The notes under the pieces are model-generated. The model made no database searches, was not told the origin of the DNA, and worked only from the letters and a program-made list of their open reading frames with translations. Below are positions 9,918 through 19,862 of a stretch of 64,000 nt of DNA, piece after piece (positions within the stretch are counted from its first letter, which is position 1; the number at the start of each line of letters is the position of its first letter). Source of the stretch: Candidatus Cloacimonadales bacterium (GTDB taxonomy: Bacteria > Cloacimonadota > Cloacimonadia > Cloacimonadales > JAFGVF01); contig CAXXOU010000002.1 in assembly GCA_963677495.2 (NCBI GenBank), positions 128,001 to 192,000 of the forward strand. Reading direction: 5' to 3'. The translations under genes and the position numbers were made by a program.

Positions 9918-10925
9918 ATGAAAAAAGTAATATTTGCAATTGTTGTGTTGTGCTTAAGTCTTGCAGTTCAATCAACTGAGTCTGATATGAAAATTGATTT
10001 AACTGAAAGGTTTAACCATAATCAGGGTAGTGTTCAGGAGGATTATACTGAATACCATTATGTTAATGAGGATAGCGATTTGATCGATTATACGATTAAT
10101 TACGAGGGTGCAACAGGTTCCGGTACAGAAGCTGTTAAACAAGTTTATCAATACACAGATTCCGGCGAGATTCTATCTATAACCCAATATTTATTTCATG
10201 AAAATGACTGGGAACCTAACTATTTAGCTGAATACGAATATTGTAGTTATGGGGAAGATTTGCTTTCAATGTATATGTACATGACTGGAGAATGGCATCT
10301 GTATGCTCAAATGGATTATCTTTGGAACAATGGTGTTAACTATAGGACAGATCACTATCTAAGCACTACCGGTGACCCGGAGTTGGTAGGCTATTATCAT
10401 AACACTTATGATGGAGATAACCTAATAACAGAACTTATATATAGTAACATAAACGGGCAGTGGATGCAATACGCCAGAAATGAGTATAGTTATAATCAAT
10501 ATGGAATGGAGACATTGGAGATGTACCAACTAAACTTTAACACGATGACTGAAGAATTCAATGGTAGATACGAGTTTAGTTATCAAGATAGTGTAGTTCA
10601 TGAAAGCCAATTCTTCATTGGTTCTAACTATGATGATGCGACCTTAAGTATTAGTTTGCTATATCATTATGTGCCAACAGCTGTTGAGGAGAATGTGATC
10701 CCAAGACTTACAATATCTGTTTATCCCAATCCCTGTAAAGATTCCTTTAAGATAGTATCAGATGAGCACTTAGCGGATTATGTATTGTATGATGTGAAAG
10801 GAAGAAAACTTAAAGAGATTGACACAAATGATGTAATCGATACATCAAATCTTTCCAATGGAATATACTTTATAAAATCAAAGAATCATAAAACAGCTAC
10901 AAAGAAAGTAGTGGTTGTAAAATAG
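9918..10925 (+). CDS. Secreted protein with T9SS type A-like C-terminal domain
   Basis: GGAGG precedes ATG at 9918 (track start 9906). Signal peptide, Tyr-rich repeats, C-terminal VYPNPCKDSF...NGIYFIK...KKVVVVK. Confidence 0.85.
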   Translation: MKKVIFAIVVLCLSLAVQSTESDMKIDLTERFNHNQGSVQEDYTEYHYVNEDSDLIDYTINYEGATGSGTEAVKQVYQYTDSGEILSITQYLFHENDWEPNYLAEYEYCSYGEDLLSMYMYMTGEWHLYAQMDYLWNNGVNYRTDHYLSTTGDPELVGYYHNTYDGDNLITELIYSNINGQWMQYARNEYSYNQYGMETLEMYQLNFNTMTEEFNGRYEFSYQDSVVHESQFFIGSNYDDATLSISLLYHYVPTAVEENVIPRLTISVYPNPCKDSFKIVSDEHLADYVLYDVKGRKLKEIDTNDVIDTSNLSNGIYFIKSKNHKTATKKVVVVK

Positions 10926-10933
10926 GAGGGTAT

Positions 10934-11941
10934 GTGAAGAGAGTCATTAGCATTGCAATATTACTTACTGCAACAATGTTACTAAATGCCATTAATCGTG
11001 ATCCGGTTGTATCTCGAATGATTGGTTATCAGTACGATAATGGGTGGCAACAGGATCGATACATCGATTTTGACTATAATGACAATGGATTGGTTGATGT
11101 TACATCCTACTTCGAAGGCGATGTTGATGCCGGTGTTGAGTATATGAGAACAGTACACTCATATAATGAAGAAGGAGATATCATCCTTGATATGGAGTAT
11201 GATATTGTTACTGATTCTTTGGAACCAGTAGGTAAGGTAGAATATGAGTACTGTGCAGAAGGGCTTGATTTAAAGACTTACTATGCTTGGGAAGATGAAG
11301 CTTGGGAAGTTATTACTATTTGGGATAATCTGTGGCAAGATGGTATTCTGTATAGAATGGATCAAACGGTATATTCTATTTATGGAGATATGGAGATGTA
11401 TGACCTTTATACATACGATGAAGGTCATTTGGTTTCTAAAGTGTCATACTCATATATAGAATACTATGGTGGTTGGGTCCAAATGAGTAGAACAGAATAC
11501 ACATACAACGAACATGGTATTTTTGAAAGAGATGTTTATAATGTGGATCTAACTTCTAATACTGAATACCACTCTTTTCATGAAAGCAATTCCTATATAG
11601 ATGGCTTGTTGTCTGAAACGATTTATTCCTATGCTCAAGGTGCAACCAATGCCCTTGAACTTTATAGACGTTATACTTATGAATACTCTAACACCCCTTT
11701 AGAAGAGAATGTTCAACCAATAGTAAATGTATCTGTTTATCCAAACCCATGTAAAGACAGTTTCAAGCTAACATCAGATACTAGACTTGATGATGTTGTG
11801 TTGTACGATATCAAGGGTAGAAAGATTAAGGATATTGAGGTAAACAATGCAGTTGATACTACTAACTTAGCTAATGGTATCTACTTCTTAAAGTCAAAAC
11901 AGAATAAGGCTATAGCTAAAAAGGTTGTAGTAGTGAAGTAA
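10934..11941 (+). CDS. Secreted protein with T9SS type A-like C-terminal domain, paralog of upstream gene
   Basis: Signal peptide. Shares EYEYC and W-Q..R.EY.YN motifs and a closely similar C-terminal domain with 9918-10925. Confidence 0.85.
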   Translation: MKRVISIAILLTATMLLNAINRDPVVSRMIGYQYDNGWQQDRYIDFDYNDNGLVDVTSYFEGDVDAGVEYMRTVHSYNEEGDIILDMEYDIVTDSLEPVGKVEYEYCAEGLDLKTYYAWEDEAWEVITIWDNLWQDGILYRMDQTVYSIYGDMEMYDLYTYDEGHLVSKVSYSYIEYYGGWVQMSRTEYTYNEHGIFERDVYNVDLTSNTEYHSFHESNSYIDGLLSETIYSYAQGATNALELYRRYTYEYSNTPLEENVQPIVNVSVYPNPCKDSFKLTSDTRLDDVVLYDIKGRKIKDIEVNNAVDTTNLANGIYFLKSKQNKAIAKKVVVVK

Positions 11942-11942
11942 A

Positions 11943-13706
11943 ATGAAAAGAGTTGTATTGTACCTATTATTGTTCACAATCTGTTTTTTAAACTCGACTG
12001 AGCAGATACAGATAGGGGATGGGAACATTACAAACTCGCATTTACCTGTATATAATAGAATAAACTATAGTTATTCACAGATGATTTATCCCGATTATCT
12101 CTTTGCTTATGACATTGAGATAATCGGGATTGCTTTTAACCTGAACTTTGACCCGGATACACCAAACCCAGATGCATATAATCAATTCTTTCAGTTACAG
12201 AATGATATTGTTATAAAACTGGGAATGACTGATACTAATAGCTTTAACAACTCATCATGGTTTATAGATAATGATCTTGCCGAGTGCTTCAACGGAACTT
12301 GGAGTTCAGATGACTTTGAGTTTACTGATGCAAGCTCAGGTTGGTTAAATATTTCACTGGAAACTCCTTTCCAGTTTCATCAAGGGCAAAGCTTATTGAT
12401 AAGTATTGATGAAAATAGAGATGGATACCTATCTGCATATGAGAGGTTCTTATGCCATAGTTACGCAGATACAATGGGATTGTACACCGGAAGTATGAAT
12501 ACCAACATTGATCCTAATCAACTGGATAATGAGACTATATATTACGAAACAAATCTACCTAATATTAGGCTTATAGTGAATCGTGAAATGATCTATCCTG
12601 AACAACCTTATCCAATAAATGGGGCTGTTGATATAGCAGTTAATACTAATCTAAACTGGTATTGGAATGCTGAGAGTTATGATATTTTTCTTGGTACTAA
12701 CGAAAACAACTTATCCCTGATAGGGGAGAACCAAGCATCAGAAAGCTTCGATATACCTTTTGATTTACAATTAGATACTAACTACTACTGGAGAGTTGAA
12801 GGTCAGTTCCCTGAAGAGTTAAGAGTCGGGCCTGTCTGGCATTTTGTTACTTTGGAAGGTCAGAATGTCTGTTTCCAGGATGACTTTGAATCATATCCTG
12901 CCTTTCAGGATCTATCACAACCGTGGACGGCTATAGATGGTGACGAAGCTGATACTTATGGCTTAACAGGATGGGACTTCACAGGTGAGGGAGAACCACA
13001 TTGCTTCTTGGTCTGGGAACCGGGACAGTTAACAGACTTTCCTTTCAATGCGTTTACCGGGGAGAAGTGTATAGTATCTCTTGCTTCGGTGATTCCCCCC
13101 AATAGTGATCTAATAATCTCACCTGTCATCGATCCAATAGAAACAGGTTCTTTTAGCTTTGTGGCAAGATCTATGACTGCTCAGTATGGACTGGAAAGAC
13201 TAAAACTCTATATCTATCCTAATGCAGACTTAAGCAATCCTATCTCATTATTGGAGGAAAGCTATCTTGAAGTACCTGATGTTTGGACACATTTTGATTT
13301 CAATATCAGTGAGTGGTCTAACCAAAGCATCAGAGTTGGTATTGAATGTTGCTCCTACGATGCATTGCTCTTAGCAGTTGATAATCTCATGATATCAGGA
13401 GTTACGGCAAACCAGAACAATGTAGTTGAAGCAGTTATCCCCTGTTTGAGCATATACCCCAACCCAATAAGCAATCAAAGTAAGATTGAATTTTATATCA
13501 ATGTCCCTTCAAAAGCAACTCTTTCTATTTATGACATAAAAGGTCGAAGGTTAGGAGAGTACAAACCTACATACGATCAGCTATTAGCAAATAGTATTGA
13601 CATTGAGTGTCTTATAGAAACAGAAGCACTAAGTTCAGGAATATACTTCATAAAACTCGAATCAGGGAATCACTCACAAACCTCAAAGGCAATTTTAATT
13701 AAGTAA
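11943..13706 (+). CDS. Secreted protein with cleaved-adhesin/choice-of-anchor J-like domain and T9SS type A-like C-terminal domain
   Basis: Signal peptide, YYWRV FN3-like motif, DDFESY...WTAIDGD...LIISP...VDN adhesin-like motifs, C-terminal IYPNP...SSGIYFIKL. Confidence 0.8.
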   Translation: MKRVVLYLLLFTICFLNSTEQIQIGDGNITNSHLPVYNRINYSYSQMIYPDYLFAYDIEIIGIAFNLNFDPDTPNPDAYNQFFQLQNDIVIKLGMTDTNSFNNSSWFIDNDLAECFNGTWSSDDFEFTDASSGWLNISLETPFQFHQGQSLLISIDENRDGYLSAYERFLCHSYADTMGLYTGSMNTNIDPNQLDNETIYYETNLPNIRLIVNREMIYPEQPYPINGAVDIAVNTNLNWYWNAESYDIFLGTNENNLSLIGENQASESFDIPFDLQLDTNYYWRVEGQFPEELRVGPVWHFVTLEGQNVCFQDDFESYPAFQDLSQPWTAIDGDEADTYGLTGWDFTGEGEPHCFLVWEPGQLTDFPFNAFTGEKCIVSLASVIPPNSDLIISPVIDPIETGSFSFVARSMTAQYGLERLKLYIYPNADLSNPISLLEESYLEVPDVWTHFDFNISEWSNQSIRVGIECCSYDALLLAVDNLMISGVTANQNNVVEAVIPCLSIYPNPISNQSKIEFYINVPSKATLSIYDIKGRRLGEYKPTYDQLLANSIDIECLIETEALSSGIYFIKLESGNHSQTSKAILIK

Positions 13707-13821
13707 GCTAAACTTAACTTAATCAAGCAGATTGCAGTGTCCTGAATAAGTTTACCATAGTTTTAGTTACTCAGTTTACTTCAATTGAATGAAATAATTC
13801 TATCTTTTCTAAATTGATTTA

Positions 13822-14610
13822 CTAAGAAGCATATACACTTCCAGGAGTGTTGTAGTCAAGTGAAGAATGATATCTTTTATTATTATAGATATAAACTGCT
13901 TCTTCCGTTGCTTGCAAAGCGACCTTTTTGTTTGGGAATTTCAATTTCATTCCCAGATCATGTTTCAATGTTCTGTTTACTCTTTCAGCGACTGCATTAT
14001 CATAGCAGTGATTCTTTCCTGTCATACTAACTCTTGCATGGCTTCTTTTAAGCAATCCGATGTATTCTTTACTACAGTACTGGACACCATGATCAGAGTG
14101 AAGTATTATACCTCGCGGGATTTTTGTTCCTCTTTTTGCTTTATTAAATGCCTTCACTGCTCCTTTTGTTTCCAGAGTATCAGATAAGTAGTGACCAACT
14201 ATCTTTCTTGAATAGTAGTCTGTTACTAAAAACAGATACATAAACCCCCTTCCAACTGAGATATATGTAATGTCTGTTACCCAAACTTGGTCTTTTTTTG
14301 TGATGTTCGTTTCCGGTAAAAGATTGGGGTATATCTTCAATTTATGCTTCCAGTTTGTTGTAAGTACATATCGCTTGGGAGGTCTTTGCAATAAGTTATT
14401 CATACGTAACAACTCTATTAGTTTATCTCTACTTATCTTTAGGTCAGGATCATTATGTTTTATAAGCATTTTCATTATCATTCGATAGCCTGTTGTCTCC
14501 TGTTCTCGCCGGAGCTCTTCCACGAGTCGCACTATCTCACGGTCTCTCGCAGCATCTCGTTCGAGTATTTTTACATGCTTATTATAGCCTTGTCTTGTAT
14601 AACCGTACAC
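13822..14610 (-). CDS. IS3-family transposase OrfB (rve/DDE integrase core)
   Basis: WVTDITY, LVTDYYSRKIVG, HSDHGVQY and CYDNAVAERVNRTLK motifs. The frame stays open upstream to the A9G run near 14700. Confidence 0.93.
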   Translation of the reverse strand: MYGYTRQGYNKHVKILERDAARDREIVRLVEELRREQETTGYRMIMKMLIKHNDPDLKISRDKLIELLRMNNLLQRPPKRYVLTTNWKHKLKIYPNLLPETNITKKDQVWVTDITYISVGRGFMYLFLVTDYYSRKIVGHYLSDTLETKGAVKAFNKAKRGTKIPRGIILHSDHGVQYCSKEYIGLLKRSHARVSMTGKNHCYDNAVAERVNRTLKHDLGMKLKFPNKKVALQATEEAVYIYNNKRYHSSLDYNTPGSVYAS

Positions 14611-14624
14611 CTTACAAATCCTCT

Positions 14625-15059
14625 CTAATCCTCTGTATCGGAGTCCGCATTCAATAGCTCTTTCTTGAGTTTTTCCTGCACTATCGAACCAAGCTTTTTT
14701 TTTAGATCCATACCTAGCTTATTACCGGATACTTCTATCAATGTCTCTAATGCTAACTCTTTAAGATAGCTATCGTCCAATGCACGCTGAAGCCGTCTAT
14801 TCTCCTTGCGTAAGCGGATTAATTCGGTCTTTTCATCTTTAGTCATATAGTGTACCACCTTATCAATCTTTTGATCCATTCCATATTTTTTGATCCAACC
14901 TCGAATGGTTGTCGTACTTGGTATTTTATAAAGCTGAGTTGCTTCACTAATAGTTAAATATCCACTCTCGATTTCGTCTACTACTTTCATCTTAAATACT
15001 ACACTATAGTTTCTCAAAACTCTCTTTTCTTCTTTCTCTTTCATCTCTTTTCCTTTCAT
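14625..15059 (-). CDS. IS3-family transposase OrfA (HTH)
   Basis: YSVVFKMKVV...WIKKYG HTH plus coiled coil. Contains the A AAA AAG -1 frameshift motif at 14694-14703. Confidence 0.9.
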   Translation of the reverse strand: MKGKEMKEKEEKRVLRNYSVVFKMKVVDEIESGYLTISEATQLYKIPSTTTIRGWIKKYGMDQKIDKVVHYMTKDEKTELIRLRKENRRLQRALDDSYLKELALETLIEVSGNKLGMDLKKKLGSIVQEKLKKELLNADSDTED

Positions 15060-15123
15060 AGTTTAGGGTAACTATTTCAGGACAATACAACCCTTACCTT
15101 ACTGCATTAATTCCTAGCAATCT

Positions 15124-15192
15124 CTTGGCAAACACTTGGCAAACACTTGGCTAGGCAAGGAAAGGGCAAGGGAGGAACAAGGTGAAGGCAAG
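15124..15192. repeat. 11-bp-periodic palindromic repeat (CTTG/CAAG core)
   Basis: CTTGG at 15124/15135/15146 followed by CAAG at 15156/15167/15178/15189. Confidence 0.7.
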
Positions 15193-15301
15193 AGATGATA
15201 TGCCAAAGTCGAGTGCTTAACTTAACATGATTATCACTTGACTTGCAGATAATGACTGTTAATCTGCCTTGAAATTCTATTTACTATTAATTGGAGGATA
15301 T

Positions 15302-16654
15302 ATGAGTAAATTAATGGTCAGTGTATCAGGAATTAGAGGTATTTTTGGAGAAACATTAACTCCTGACCTTGTTATGCAGTTTGCTGCGAAGTTTGGTACT
15401 CTGTGTAACAGAGGTAAGATATTAGTCGGAAGAGATTCAAGAACAACAGGTCCTATTGTTTATCATTCAGTTGTTGCAGGGCTTTTAAGCGTTGGTTGTG
15501 AAGTTGTAAATCTTGGAATCGTTTCAACACCAACAACTCTTCTTGCAGTTGAGGAATCAGATGCAGACGGTGGATTATCTATCACAGCTTCTCATAATCC
15601 TGCTGAGTGGAATGCACTCAAACTTGTGGGTGGAAACGGTATGTTCCTTTTCCCTGAAAATGCTCAGAAATTCATTAAAGATATTGATACTCCTATTGAG
15701 TATTGCAACTGGGATGAAGTTCGAGGTGTAAGCGAAGACTTTGAAGCAACTCAAAGACATATAAAGAAGATTCTTGAGATCCCTTACCTTGATTTAGAGA
15801 AGATAAGAGCTAAGAAGTTCAAAGTTGTTCTCGACTCAGTTAATGGTGCCGGTGGTGTTATCTCTCCAACTCTCCTTAAAGAGTTAGACTGTGAAGTTAT
15901 TGAGCTTAATACAGAACCTACCGGGCATTTTGCACATACCCCAGAGCCATTAACTAAGAACCTTACTCAGATTGCAGATGCTGTTAAAGAACATGGTGCA
16001 GACATTGGTTTTGCAACTGACCCAGACGTAGACAGATTAGCTATTGTAGATGAGAAAGGTGAGTGTATTGGTGAAGAGTTCTCTATCCTTTTAACTGAGA
16101 AGTATATTCTGGCTAAGAACAAAGGTGACATCGTAATTAACCTCTCTTCTTCAATGGCATCAGAAGATATAGCTAAGGAGTTTGGTGTTAAAGTACACCG
16201 AACTAAAGTTGGTGAAATTAATGTTGGTAAGAAGATGAAAGAGCTTAAATCACCTGTTGGCGGAGAAGGTAACGGTGGCGTTATCGTACCTGAAGTTCAT
16301 TACACACGTGATGCTCCGGCCGGTATGGCAGTTATTCTTGGTCTTCTTGCTGAAGATGGAAGAAAAGTATCTGAGATAGTTGCTGAGATTCCTCATTATT
16401 TCTTTGCCAAAGGTAAAATAGAGATTCCAGCTGATAAACTTGATCCTGTTATGGAAAATGCAGCTAAGGTTTACGCAGATTATGAGAAAGATACTCAGGA
16501 CGGACTTAAGATTATTGGTGAAAAGTTCTGGATTCATATTAGAAAGTCAGGAACAGAACCTATTATCCGCGTTTATGTTGAGAGTGAAACTCAAGAAAGA
16601 TCTGACCAAATCTGCCAGGAAGCAATCTCTAAAATTACGAACGGAATAGTATAG
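15302..16654 (+). CDS. glmM: Phosphoglucosamine mutase / phosphohexomutase
   Basis: SVSGIRG, GRDSR, ITASHNP (phosphoserine), DPDVDR metal loop, GGEGNGG, RKSGTEP. GGAGG precedes ATG at 15302. Confidence 0.88.
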   Translation: MSKLMVSVSGIRGIFGETLTPDLVMQFAAKFGTLCNRGKILVGRDSRTTGPIVYHSVVAGLLSVGCEVVNLGIVSTPTTLLAVEESDADGGLSITASHNPAEWNALKLVGGNGMFLFPENAQKFIKDIDTPIEYCNWDEVRGVSEDFEATQRHIKKILEIPYLDLEKIRAKKFKVVLDSVNGAGGVISPTLLKELDCEVIELNTEPTGHFAHTPEPLTKNLTQIADAVKEHGADIGFATDPDVDRLAIVDEKGECIGEEFSILLTEKYILAKNKGDIVINLSSSMASEDIAKEFGVKVHRTKVGEINVGKKMKELKSPVGGEGNGGVIVPEVHYTRDAPAGMAVILGLLAEDGRKVSEIVAEIPHYFFAKGKIEIPADKLDPVMENAAKVYADYEKDTQDGLKIIGEKFWIHIRKSGTEPIIRVYVESETQERSDQICQEAISKITNGIV

Positions 16655-16667
16655 ATTAAACATATAG

Positions 16668-16704
16668 AGCTACCTGAAACGGATGGTTTTCAGGTAGCTT
16701 TTTT
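16668..16704 (+). terminator. Intrinsic terminator after glmM
   Basis: AGCTACCTGAAA-loop-TTTCAGGTAGCT followed by a T run. Confidence 0.85.
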
Positions 16705-16815
16705 GTCATCCCGATTGAGTGAGGTTACGAACCGACCCTTACGGCTTCGTTCATTTCTTTTCACTTCATTCACTCCGTTCAGAGTGAAAAAGTAAATACG
16801 TTACAAGAGGTAAAC

Positions 16816-17883
16816 ATGCATATATTTAGATCAGATCTTATGGATAAGAAACCAGTTACAGTTAATGTGCCACATAAAGAGATAATGATGTGTCTGAATG
16901 AAAGCACGCTAAATCCATTTAAAACTTTAAGAGAGGAGCTTTTACATAACTTAGAGCAGGTAGAGTTAAACAGATACTATCAATCAGTCACTGAGAAACT
17001 AACCGAAGCTTTGGTGGATTATGTAGGACATGGATTAACAGCAAATAACATTTTCTGGGGGAATGGGGCTGACGAGATGCTATACTACCTTTTTGTAGCA
17101 GTTAGAGAGGATAGTAATTCTTTCGTACTTTCTTTGTCTCCATCATATTTTGACTACAAAAGCTATTCGGGTGCAGTTGGACTTGGAATTAAGTTCATTA
17201 GTTTAAACAATGAGTTCGACTTCGATGTTGATGAATACATAAACCAGCTGAAAGATGATAACTGTAAATTAGGGATACTCTGTAATCCTAACAACCCAAC
17301 AGGTAATACTCTAAGCATGAACAAGATTCACAAGATAATCCAATCTACTGACAAACCGATTGTAGTTGATGAGACCTATTTCGAGTTTTCAAAAGTGACT
17401 TTGGCTGATTATCTGGATAAGTATCCTAATCTCCTACTTGTTCGCTCCTTCTCTAAAGCTTTTTCCGGAGCTGGACTTAGATTTGGTTATCTGCTTTCAA
17501 ATAGTTATAACATTGAGCAGATTAAGAAAGTTCAGACAGTTTTTAATAGCAGTCTTCTCATTCAAACAATGGTGCTGACTATGCTCGAGAACAAAGATGT
17601 TCTACTTAAACACACTGAAAAGGTTATCGCACAAAGAGAATGGCTTTATAAGGAAATGCAAAAACTGGAAGGAGTTGTTGTCTATAAATCTTCTACAAAC
17701 TTTCTAACATTTTCATTAGGTGAAAGCTCATTGAATTTCTTCGATTACTTACAGGATAATCAAATAGCTATTCGGAATGTCGGAGCACATCCTATCTTAA
17801 AAGACTGTTTAAGAGTTACAGTTAGTGATAAAGCACATAATTCTAGTTTCTTGAATCATCTTAAAAGGTTTTTGGAGTTGTAA
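16816..17883 (+). CDS. hisC: Histidinol-phosphate aminotransferase (class I/II PLP aminotransferase)
   Basis: LNES, GNGADE, LCNPNNPTG, VVDETY, RSFSKAFSGAGLRFGY (PLP lysine), LRVTV. Confidence 0.82.
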   Translation: MHIFRSDLMDKKPVTVNVPHKEIMMCLNESTLNPFKTLREELLHNLEQVELNRYYQSVTEKLTEALVDYVGHGLTANNIFWGNGADEMLYYLFVAVREDSNSFVLSLSPSYFDYKSYSGAVGLGIKFISLNNEFDFDVDEYINQLKDDNCKLGILCNPNNPTGNTLSMNKIHKIIQSTDKPIVVDETYFEFSKVTLADYLDKYPNLLLVRSFSKAFSGAGLRFGYLLSNSYNIEQIKKVQTVFNSSLLIQTMVLTMLENKDVLLKHTEKVIAQREWLYKEMQKLEGVVVYKSSTNFLTFSLGESSLNFFDYLQDNQIAIRNVGAHPILKDCLRVTVSDKAHNSSFLNHLKRFLEL

Positions 17884-17884
17884 C

Positions 17885-18649
17885 ATGAAAGAGAGAATAG
17901 AGCAGATAATCAGGGATGCAGGTCAGATAATAAAGGATAACTTCTATCTTGAGAAGAATATTACTACTAAATCTACAGGTATAGACCTGGTAACAGATAT
18001 TGATAAAAAAGTTGAGCTATATCTTAAGGATAAACTATCAATGGTTATTCCGGGGTCATCTTTCTGGGCTGAAGAGACAGATAACAAGTACACTGAAGCT
18101 GAATACTTGTGGATTATTGATCCCATCGATGGTACAACGAACTTCGTACATAGATTCCCATTTGTAGCAATTTCAGTAGCTCTACAACACAATGGCGTTA
18201 CAATACTTGGATTTGTTTACAATCCTATCATGAATGAGTTTTTCATCGCAGAAAAGGGAAGTGGTGCTTTCTTGAATGGAGATAGGATAGAGGTAGCAAA
18301 AGAGACAGAATTAAAGGCTTCTCTTGTTGCAACAGGTTTTCCTTATGACTACAATGCTGTTCCCAACAATATGAGACATTTTGATGTGATGATGGAGCAG
18401 GTGCAAGGAATCAGACGTCCCGGTTCAGCAGCACTTGATCTATGCCATACTGCTAATGGCCTGTTTAATGGTTATTGGGAGTTTCACTTACAACCTTGGG
18501 ACATGGCTGCTGGTATTCTGATTGTAGAGGAAGCAGGTGGTATAGTTCTCAATACAGAAGGAAAAGAACACACTCTAACTGATAAAGGCTTAATTTGTGG
18601 GAATAAGCAGATAGTTGGGAAGATGTTAGCTGTGTTTAAACAGGTGTAA
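17885..18649 (+). CDS. suhB: Inositol monophosphatase family protein
   Basis: DLVTDID, WIIDPIDGTTNF, RRPGSAALDL, WDMAAG. Confidence 0.85.
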   Translation: MKERIEQIIRDAGQIIKDNFYLEKNITTKSTGIDLVTDIDKKVELYLKDKLSMVIPGSSFWAEETDNKYTEAEYLWIIDPIDGTTNFVHRFPFVAISVALQHNGVTILGFVYNPIMNEFFIAEKGSGAFLNGDRIEVAKETELKASLVATGFPYDYNAVPNNMRHFDVMMEQVQGIRRPGSAALDLCHTANGLFNGYWEFHLQPWDMAAGILIVEEAGGIVLNTEGKEHTLTDKGLICGNKQIVGKMLAVFKQV

Positions 18650-18684
18650 AAACAAACTTTTCCAATTTTCCTCGTCCCACATTC

Positions 18685-19076
18685 GTAGCAATGCTACTCA
18701 CTACGGTGCAAGTTCAAATTGTCATATTGATTGAGTGATGTACACAGTGCCAATTGCAATAACTTACCGCATTTCAGGGAGTTTGTCAGCCTGATAAGGC
18801 AACGGACTTCCTAAAATGCACTCCAAGTCGCAATTCATGAACTTCTATTCTCGCCCCAAGAACCTACGCTTATCAGCTACGGCTTCTCAGGCACTTCGGT
18901 GCGGTGCTACTCACTACGGTGCAAGTTCATTTTGTCATACTGAACGTAGTGAGTTTTGCGAGCGTAGCTGAAGGAACTCTCCGATAGCTTTAGTTTCACA
19001 ACTAAGAAGAGCATGTTCCTAAAGATAAGTCAATACTCCAAACGTTAATCCACTAAAGTCATCTGAGCGACCCTTA
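18685..19076. repeat. Mosaic of REP-like intergenic repeats
   Basis: TGCTACTCACTACGGTGCAAGTTCA at both 18692 and 18905. Other segments are related to 43840-43905 (rc) and 49250-49280. Confidence 0.6.
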
Positions 19077-19129
19077 TGTCAATGGCATTTTAAATTGGTA
19101 CAGTTTGGCATTTAAAAATGGTACAGTCT

Positions 19130-19861
19130 TCATTTTTGAAAATTCCTTAGTCTAAAGCTGTCTCCGAGCATTGTAATTGGTTGTGAGTGATGGAGTAATC
19201 TATCAAGAATAGCAGTTGCTATCACATTGTCGTTAAAAATAGCTCCCCATTCATTAAACAACCTATTCGATGTTATGATTACTGATCTAAATTCGTATAA
19301 GAGATGGATGAGTCTAAAGAACAGATTAGCTGCCTTTGTCTGGAGAGGAAGATACCCCATCTCATCTATAACTATCAGATCATTCTTGGCTATATTGCTT
19401 AGATATTTATCTATGTTGTTATCTGCTTCAGCTAGTACAAGTTCTTCGATAAGGTTGTTCAGATTATAAAACACCACCTTATATCCTGCCTTTATTGCTT
19501 CATAACTGAGTGCTGTTGCAACATGAGTCTTACCTACTCCCGGAGGTCCCATTAAAATTATATTCCTCCTCTGCTCCAGCCAGACAAAGTTCTTCCACTC
19601 CTTTACTTGTCTTTTGGTTATTACTTGTTGATAAGCATAGTCGAACTCATCAAAGGTCTTTATTACCGGGATGTGAGCCTGTTTAAGTCTTCTGTTGATA
19701 TTGGTTTGATTCCTTCCTGAGTTCTCTTTTTCAAATAGATAATGTACGAACTCCAGATAAGTCATATTCTGTTTCTCTGCTTCTAAAACTGCACTTTCAA
19801 GAGTATTCAAAATATGAGTACAACGAGCCCTTTTGATGTATGTTTTAGTTATCTCTATCAT
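19130..19861 (-). CDS. istB: IS21 helper ATPase IstB
   Basis: KTFDEFDY, GPPGVGKT, IDEMGYLP, ITSNR, AILDRLLHHS, GDSFR. Confidence 0.95.
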   Translation of the reverse strand: MIEITKTYIKRARCTHILNTLESAVLEAEKQNMTYLEFVHYLFEKENSGRNQTNINRRLKQAHIPVIKTFDEFDYAYQQVITKRQVKEWKNFVWLEQRRNIILMGPPGVGKTHVATALSYEAIKAGYKVVFYNLNNLIEELVLAEADNNIDKYLSNIAKNDLIVIDEMGYLPLQTKAANLFFRLIHLLYEFRSVIITSNRLFNEWGAIFNDNVIATAILDRLLHHSQPITMLGDSFRLRNFQK

Positions 19862-19862
19862 C

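Larger units (their letters stand above)
13733..15089 (-). mobile_element. IS3-family insertion sequence
   Basis: Imperfect terminal inverted repeats TGCAGTGTCCTGAATAAGTTTACC / (rc) TGTATTGTCCTGAAATAGTTACC enclose orfA and orfB. No target duplication evident. Confidence 0.88.

Noticed and set aside
15126..15151. Sigma54-like TGGC-N7-TGGC upstream of glmM
   Set aside because: It is an automatic consequence of the 11-bp repeat period, and the -12 element is not TTGC.
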